A stretch of 64,000 bases of DNA. It comes from Flectonema sp. DT1601 (Eukaryota). Numbering within the stretch: the stretch's first letter is position 1; every line of letters begins with the position of its first letter. The notes under the pieces were generated by a model. The model worked only from the letters and a program-made list of their open reading frames with translations. It was not told the origin of the DNA and did not search any database. The DNA lies in the NCBI GenBank assembly GCA_964019425.1, contig OZ025784.1, forward strand, positions 1,364,001-1,428,000, read 5' to 3'. This document shows positions 57,471 through 64,000 of the stretch, piece after piece. Both the position numbers and the translations under genes were made by a program.

Positions 57471-60403
57471 ATGGATGATTGGGCGGCAGTCAGTGGCCCA
57501 GCCTCTGGCATGCGTCAACGTGGTGTGCCTCAGCAAGTGGGTGGGGGTGGAGGTGGAGGTGGTATTTCCTTAGACATGGATGCCATGTCAACTATGAGAT
57601 CATCTCCGAAAGGGGGTGAAAGTCGCCCGACGATGTATCCGAATTCTGTTCCAAATACGTCCTCAAACATGGGAATGGGAATGACCAACGGATATAATAA
57701 TAATATCAACCACGTCAATCAAATTAATCACAACAACTTCTCAACAAACGATTTTGGTATTCAATCTAACGACATGTACGACAATTCACAATCTCACCAT
57801 GAAGATGTCACAGCTTTAGTTAAATTTCTCAATCCCTCAACTGCTATAAAGCCAGCACTCGTTGTACTAGTAGCCGGATGTACTTTAATATTCTTACTGA
57901 TGGGATGGTCGGGATATGTGATGGCATTCGTCCATGCGGTTTGCTGCCTTGGTTTGGTTTATGCTTCATCACTAGCTCACAACATCTTAATATCAGACTG
58001 TGGTAGTGAACCTATGAAAGTTGTCGCCTCAGCCATTAGAGAAGCCGCAGAGGGATTTCTCCACACGCAGTATGGAAGTATCGCAAAAATGTCGGTTGTC
58101 GTTGGGTCGATACTTTTCTTTGCATTTGCTATGCGAGAGCAGACTCCAGGAGTTCAGATCAATAGTTTGGTGTTAGCTTTTGTCACCGCTTTGTCGTTCT
58201 TTATCGGTGCTTCCTGCTCTGGTCTTGCAGGGTTTGTTGGAGTCTGGATCTCGGTAAGAGCGAACCTTAGAGTTGCATCTCAGGCGGCTTTGTCAAGCAC
58301 TGAAGGCGCCTTATCAATTGCGTTTAGAGGAGGAGCATTTTCAGCCATCGTGAGTGCGTGTGTTTGTATGATGGGACTCTCTTTACTCTACGCGCTGTTT
58401 CATTTTATTGGAGTCAGCTGCTATGGAGTTAACGAACAAGCCATTCCACTGATGTTGGCTGGATATGGTTTTGGGGCATCATTCGTCGCATTGTTTATGC
58501 AAGTAGCTGGAGGAATCTACACTAAAGCTGCTGATGTTGGTGCAGACATGGTTGGAAAACTTGATAAAAACATTCCTGAAGACGATCCTCGTAACCCAGC
58601 TGTTATTGCTGACTTAGTTGGTGATAATGTTGGTGACTGTGCTGGTAGTATGGCTGATGTGTTTGAGTCAATTGCCGCAGAGATATTGGGAACAATGATC
58701 CTTGCTGGAGCACTTGTTTCTGAGGTAAAAATGGACACCGCATCCTGCCAAGGATACATCTTCTTCCCACTTGTAATCCACGCCTTTGATGTCATCGTTT
58801 CTAGTGTTGGTATCCATTCTGTTCGATACCGTACAACAGACTCTTCGCCATTATCATGTATGAAGAGAGGTTACTTGTTAACGGCTGTTTTAGCAACAAT
58901 CTTATTTACTTGTACCTGTAGATTTATGCTTTATACTCCTCAACAACCTGGAGCGTGGTTTAACTTTTGGTTGTGTGGATTGTTGGGGATCGCAACTGCC
59001 TTTATTTTATTATTCGTATGCCAATACTACACCGACTACGCATATCAACCTGTGAGAGATATTGCTGCAGCTTCAACTACTGGTCATGGAACTAATGTTA
59101 TTCAGGGTTTAGCTGTTGGGTTTGAGAGCACTGGTCCACCAGCAATAATTATTTCGTTCGATTTGGCAGCTGCTTACTATTTGGGAGAAGGTGCCTTTCC
59201 AGAGAGTCCAGTGACTTCAGGTCTGTTTGGAACAGCGGTAGCTACGATGGGTATCTTATGCACTGCTGTCTTTATTCTTTCTATGAATAACTTTGGACCT
59301 ATCGCTGACAATGCCGGTGGAATCGTTGAGATGGGACACTGTTCTGAACAGACTCGCAACATTACTGACTCTCTTGATGCAATTGGAAACGTTACAAAAG
59401 CTGCTACCAAAGGTTACTCTGTTGGTGCTTCTGCCATGGCTTTCTTCCTTCTATTCCGAGCCTACATGGATGACGTTGCCGCATTCAGTGGTGAGAAGTT
59501 TAACTCCGTTGACGTTTCTCGTATTGAGGTATGTTGTTATTAACTTACAGACTAGCTGAAGCCTGTTATTTGCAAACCTACAAAAAATACACAAATCAGG
59601 TCCTCATTGGTGGGCTACTTGGAGTGGCGATGGTGTTCGTGTTCACAGGATGGACTATGTCGGCTGTTGGTACCACAGCCCAGGCAGTTGTTGTGGAGGT
59701 TAGAAGACAATTCGATGAAATTGACGGGATAATGTATGAAATAAATAATTATCATGAAAATGTTACGTTACTTTCGTCTTACAAAAACAAAAAACCAAAA
59801 ATAAACAGGGAGGGAACAAGCAAACCTGCATACGCGCAATGCACAGCTATCGTGACAAGAGCGGCTTTAAAGCACGCTGCAGCTCCTGTTGCCTTGGCGT
59901 TGTTATCACCTATACTGGTGGGATTAATATTTAGAATGGTATGTCTTTAGTTAAATAACGTGTGTTGAATTCCTTGTTGATGTTTTTACAGAAAATATAA
60001 TTTACGACAGGTTGGCTACGTCAGGGGAGACAGACTTCTGGCAGTTTCAGTGTTGGCCGGTTTTATGATTTTCGCATCTGTAACAGCGTTACTGTTGGCA
60101 GCCCTCCTTGATAACGCTGGCGGTGCATGGGACAATGCAAAGAAATATATTGAGTCGGGTGCACATGGAGGAAAGGGCAGTGATGCGCATCACGCTGCTA
60201 TCACTGGTGACACGGTATGTTTGATACAAAGTGTCTTGACTGTATTAAATTATTCGTGGAAAAAAGTAAAAACAAAAAACAAACAGGTGGGTGATCCGGC
60301 CAAGGACACCAGCGGTCCTTCACTCCACGTTGTGATCACAACGATGTCTACAACATTATTAGTTTTGTGTCCAATATTTATCCCTTCAGCTAATGTAGCG
60401 TAG
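57471..60403 (+). CDS. Membrane H+-translocating pyrophosphatase, type II (K+-independent, AVP2-like), 880 aa; exons 57471-59528, 59600-59733, 59809-59938, 60011-60214, 60287-60403
   Basis: GGIYTKAADVGADMVGK, EDDPRNPAVIADLVGDNVGD, GPIADNAGG, GNVTKAATK, GGAWDNAKKYIE and GDTVGDPAKDTSGPS. Four GT-AG introns restore the frame. Confidence 0.93.
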
Positions 60404-61091
60404 CCGATTGGTTGATCATCTTGTTACTATAGTCTAAAAGAGCATCCCAGTTAAAATGCTGGCTGCGCTACGGTGATCATGCACACTGTTATCTCCTTAG
60501 TTGTCGTTTCTCTTCCGTGTGATCTCTCTCGTGGGTTTTGGATGATTCGCATCTTGAGAATAGGGAAATCCCTTTGTTAGATGCATCAAGGGTCGTAAGC
60601 ATCCTTGTTCTATAAGAGAGCGGTTGTGTTGGTGTCATCTCCTCGTTTTGAAAAAATTAATAATTTCTTTTTTTTTTTTTTTTTTTTGCCTTCTTTATAA
60701 TCCTTTCAAAGTGCGAAAGGGAAAAAAAAAAAAAAAAATTAAAGGCAACTACAATAACATTACTTGTTAAAGCTTACTTTGTGATTTGCTTGTGGAAAGG
60801 GGATGGGGAGAAATTTAATTGTTTCCAAACAGGGAGCGCTGCGATTTGTTATTTTGCATCTCTTTTTTTTTTTTCCCTTCTTTTTTTGCGTGTCCTACGA
60901 GAATCACACAAGCAACAGAGTACTTATTACTAGCTGTTTATTAATATGTAATTTTTTAAAAAGGAGAAGAAAGTCATGAAATGTTTTTGGATTTACCTTT
61001 TTTCATTTCTCTTTTTTTTTTTAAAAAAAATCAAAAATCATGTTATTTCAATCAGAAGTCAAAAAAAAAAAAAAAAAAAAGAAGGAGAACA

Positions 61092-64000
61092 ATGCAATCA
61101 GAACCTCCAGCGCCACAGCAACCACTCCTACCAACGGATGCTCTTCATGAGGAAGTAGTTGCTATTGTAAAGAAGAAGAAATTTGAGTTCGAAGGTCCAA
61201 TGTATTTTATAGGTCAGTGGGCTGTTCTTGGTAAGATCAAAGGAATTGATACAAGTCTCTCTCTCAGCATATCAGGTATTCAGGGGCCACTAAAAGCAGC
61301 TGAGGAGTGGCACCTTCTCCAAAATGAATTATCAAATGCTGCTTCAAAAACAGCGCATATTGAAGTTGATGACTATCCCAATTACCTTTTTGGAGATTTA
61401 ATTTGGGAAAAAGATGGACAACAACACTCATTGTCTGAGAGATTAGTATCGACTGGACTAGCCAGAGTGTGTTCACCCTGCAACAATCTTCTGAAATTAA
61501 TTGAAATTGAGCAATCTTGCAATCCACCAAAATGGCATACTGAATGGGGTTCCAATACTACAGCAGTTATTATATCAGGTCGAGTTAGCAGCGTCTTGTC
61601 AGGTGACTTTATAGAGCTTACTGACTTCACTATCCCTAGCTATATCGACAATGCTATTGTTCGAAGTTGGTTGTCAAAATTTCAGACAGATGTAATTTCA
61701 AAAAATATCATTAGGTTTAAGATTGATAATATAAAAACTCCAGATTTCAGCAATCCCTTACAAGAACATTATAAAATTGAAACATACCAAATGATGTCCA
61801 CATTAGCTTTGGGTAAAATAGTTGACTGCCATGCCACAACTGGTTGGAGTAATATAGAAACAGAGTTTGATGAAGTGGCATTCGACTTACAAGACATTGA
61901 ACATCTTAGGGGAGCCATTTATATTAAAGAGAACTATGATTCTTCGTGGATTAGAAATAATATCTCAAATTGCACTGAGAAATCACTTTCTGCAATGGAA
62001 CAGTACGTTGATAGCACTAGTGAGTTGTCTATTGGACCGTTTTTAGCTGCAGCATCATCAGTTGAGGGGGAATCGTGGTGTGAATTAGTCATGCCTGAAG
62101 AGTTTATGTGTTCTATATCTCCAGATCATTTATCTTGTTTGCTATCGTCATCTCATGCTGGTGTTGCTTCGCATTACGATCGTCGTCCTGAAGCTGTAAA
62201 AGGTCGGGAGGGAGTCTCTCATGTGTTGACGTCTCTTAAATGGGTTCTTCGAAAAACGGATTTCGGAAATTTAATAAAAAATAAAAAAGCGAACATTGTG
62301 AAATTACAAAAAGAAGTTCACGAGGATAATGAAATAATAAAAGCAACAATAGCAGTTGAGTACAAGCGAACAATGATGCCCAGCACCACAACACAACACT
62401 TCGATCAACAAGATGATGATGATGACTTGGGAGACGATCTCAGAATCGATCCTGAGACTCATCTATTGATAGAAGACTCAAGTGAACTTCCTGTCGATAA
62501 ACATGATGATCACGAAGCAGCCAATTGTAGTAGTGACGAAGACCCCACAGAAAAACTACCTAACAAGGCAACAAAGCCGACCTCTATCGAAGAGACTGAC
62601 GAATCTGGTGAAGAACATTTTTTTCATTTCAACATGGAGGTCTTCCTCGTTCCTGAAAACACTACTATCGATAATTGGAAGTCAATTAGCCTTCCTGAAA
62701 ACACAGATGATAAGTTGGTACCAACGTATGTCTCAGCTGATTTTAATTTCTTATTTTGTGATGTGGTGTCTGGAAAGCTCAGAATTTTTGCATCAGCGAC
62801 CGACTCATTGAAGAGAGACGTAATTCAGACTTACAAACCAGATGAAAGCTACTTATCAGTTGATAAACAATTATTACATTGTTCAAAGCAATGGATGAAA
62901 TACGAATCTCAGAACTTATCGTCATTCAATTCTAATATAATGGCGGTACGAATCATGGTGAGAGAATTGAAACCAGTCTTGTCGGCGTTGTCAAATTCCT
63001 ATTATGCATTCTCACCACGTATCATTAAACCAACGAAGAACAGACAAATGAACCCGAGACCTAAAAAACATACCTTCGTAGAATCTATAAAAGACTTTCC
63101 AGGTAAAATACCGAGACTCGATCACATCATTTTCGATGGATTTCCGTTAAATTCGGGGTTGTTTGCTCGTTCGAGTATGCCTCAAAAAGACTACGAGAAT
63201 TCATCAAGTGATGGTAAATGGAAAATTAACTTCATTGAATCTGGAATGTTAAATACGCTATGCGATAAAGTGATTAATTGCTACAAAGAAGAAACGGATT
63301 GGAAAATGTCGTTCAGTTGTTCCATTGCAGCAGATTCAAAAAAATCTCGAAACTTGACAGTGTCAACCAGAGTGACGGGAATCCGAAAGAAATATCTCTC
63401 TTCTGAAGATGTATTAAAATACGATGATAAATCTTTTACTGAAACATATCTCCATCTTAGAGTTCTTCATAAAGTGTTGTCTTACCATCACACGACGCAA
63501 CCACTTTGGGCTGATTCTGATATGGGAAAACGTATTGAGGATCCAATGCACGATCCTCCAACTCTCCGTCACAAAAATACTTCGTTGTGGTGTCCAATGA
63601 AACCGTTGGTGTTTAATGACGGTGCTCTCTTTAATTACGAATCCAAAGGTTTGGAATTGTTCAAAAGAACTGAAAATAAAATGCAATCATTTCAGGCTGT
63701 ATCGACACTGTACAAACCAAGATCACAAGGTAGGACCACAGTTCGGATCTATGGTGGAAAACCAACTCAAAAGAGTGCTAGAGTTCCTTCACAGGTCTCA
63801 AGAGAACATCGAAATGCCATGCTGCATTTGTTGCATATCCTATATCAAAGGTCGATTGGATTTCCTTGTGAGGGTTGTTTTTTTTCTTGGCACACATATC
63901 CTTATGACAGGGTGGCTGCTATTTATTTATTTAAAAGAAAACACCTTTGGCTGAGAGCTGTTGAAAAACTTTCAAAAGATTTCAGAGAAAATTGGAAATA
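61092..64000 (+). CDS. Large ORF (about 970 codons, truncated by the window end) with N-terminal staphylococcal-nuclease-like OB folds
   Basis: Starts MQSEPPAPQQ. I found no stop before 64000, which explains its absence from the ORF track. Motifs SERLVSTGLARV, GRVSSVLSGDFIEL and IDNIKTPD...EHYKIETYQMMSTLALGKIV resemble Tudor-SN SNase repeats. Confidence 0.7.
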   Translation, partial: MQSEPPAPQQPLLPTDALHEEVVAIVKKKKFEFEGPMYFIGQWAVLGKIKGIDTSLSLSISGIQGPLKAAEEWHLLQNELSNAASKTAHIEVDDYPNYLFGDLIWEKDGQQHSLSERLVSTGLARVCSPCNNLLKLIEIEQSCNPPKWHTEWGSNTTAVIISGRVSSVLSGDFIELTDFTIPSYIDNAIVRSWLSKFQTDVISKNIIRFKIDNIKTPDFSNPLQEHYKIETYQMMSTLALGKIVDCHATTGWSNIETEFDEVAFDLQDIEHLRGAIYIKENYDSSWIRNNISNCTEKSLSAMEQYVDSTSELSIGPFLAAASSVEGESWCELVMPEEFMCSISPDHLSCLLSSSHAGVASHYDRRPEAVKGREGVSHVLTSLKWVLRKTDFGNLIKNKKANIVKLQKEVHEDNEIIKATIAVEYKRTMMPSTTTQHFDQQDDDDDLGDDLRIDPETHLLIEDSSELPVDKHDDHEAANCSSDEDPTEKLPNKATKPTSIEETDESGEEHFFHFNMEVFLVPENTTIDNWKSISLPENTDDKLVPTYVSADFNFLFCDVVSGKLRIFASATDSLKRDVIQTYKPDESYLSVDKQLLHCSKQWMKYESQNLSSFNSNIMAVRIMVRELKPVLSALSNSYYAFSPRIIKPTKNRQMNPRPKKHTFVESIKDFPGKIPRLDHIIFDGFPLNSGLFARSSMPQKDYENSSSDGKWKINFIESGMLNTLCDKVINCYKEETDWKMSFSCSIAADSKKSRNLTVSTRVTGIRKKYLSSEDVLKYDDKSFTETYLHLRVLHKVLSYHHTTQPLWADSDMGKRIEDPMHDPPTLRHKNTSLWCPMKPLVFNDGALFNYESKGLELFKRTENKMQSFQAVSTLYKPRSQGRTTVRIYGGKPTQKSARVPSQVSREHRNAMLHLLHILYQRSIGFPCEGCFFSWHTYPYDRVAAIYLFKRKHLWLRAVEKLSKDFRENWK

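Noticed and set aside
9464..60403. Non-standard genetic code or non-canonical introns
   Set aside because: TAA, TAG and TGA all terminate genes at expected ends (CSL4 TAA, PPase TAG, SMG1 TGA). Every ORF break in the host genes is explained by GT-AG introns.

Overview
Eukaryotic, AT-rich nuclear DNA from a euglenozoan: it encodes a paraflagellar-rod family protein and a kinetoplastid-type CCCH protein. The many canonical GT-AG introns point to a diplonemid-like lineage (inference). Bases 1-7000 are a mosaic of repeats: a CpG-depleted, hairpin-dense unit with a 547-bp inverted copy, a 2.3-kb minisatellite attached to a DNA-transposon-like end, nested duplications sharing a TGAGTTGA junction, and a structured element. 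Next comes a frameshifted coiled-coil/HNH/zinc-knuckle gene. From 9464 to the window end, 17 genes all lie on the + strand. They include CSN1, an MFS-FYVE-tyrosine-kinase-like fusion, SMG1, a ZC3H protein, a bacterial-type GNAT, a B-box protein, PRKRIP1, a PLOD-like glycosyltransferase, a CCZ1-like protein, a PFR-family protein, a ubiquitin-like-domain protein, CSL4, a type II H+-PPase and an SNase-like ORF that runs off the end. Most notable: (1) cis-introns have a U-rich 5' part and an A/C-rich acceptor, while putative trans-splice acceptors are pyrimidine-rich; (2) 19 of 20 host-gene introns fall in the last ~35% of the CDS; (3) the long introns fold into nested hairpins; (4) the transporter-FYVE-kinase fusion; (5) a ~91-bp element inserted twice at CCCCCCTC with target-site duplications. 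All gene models and motif calls were made by eye; no searches were run.
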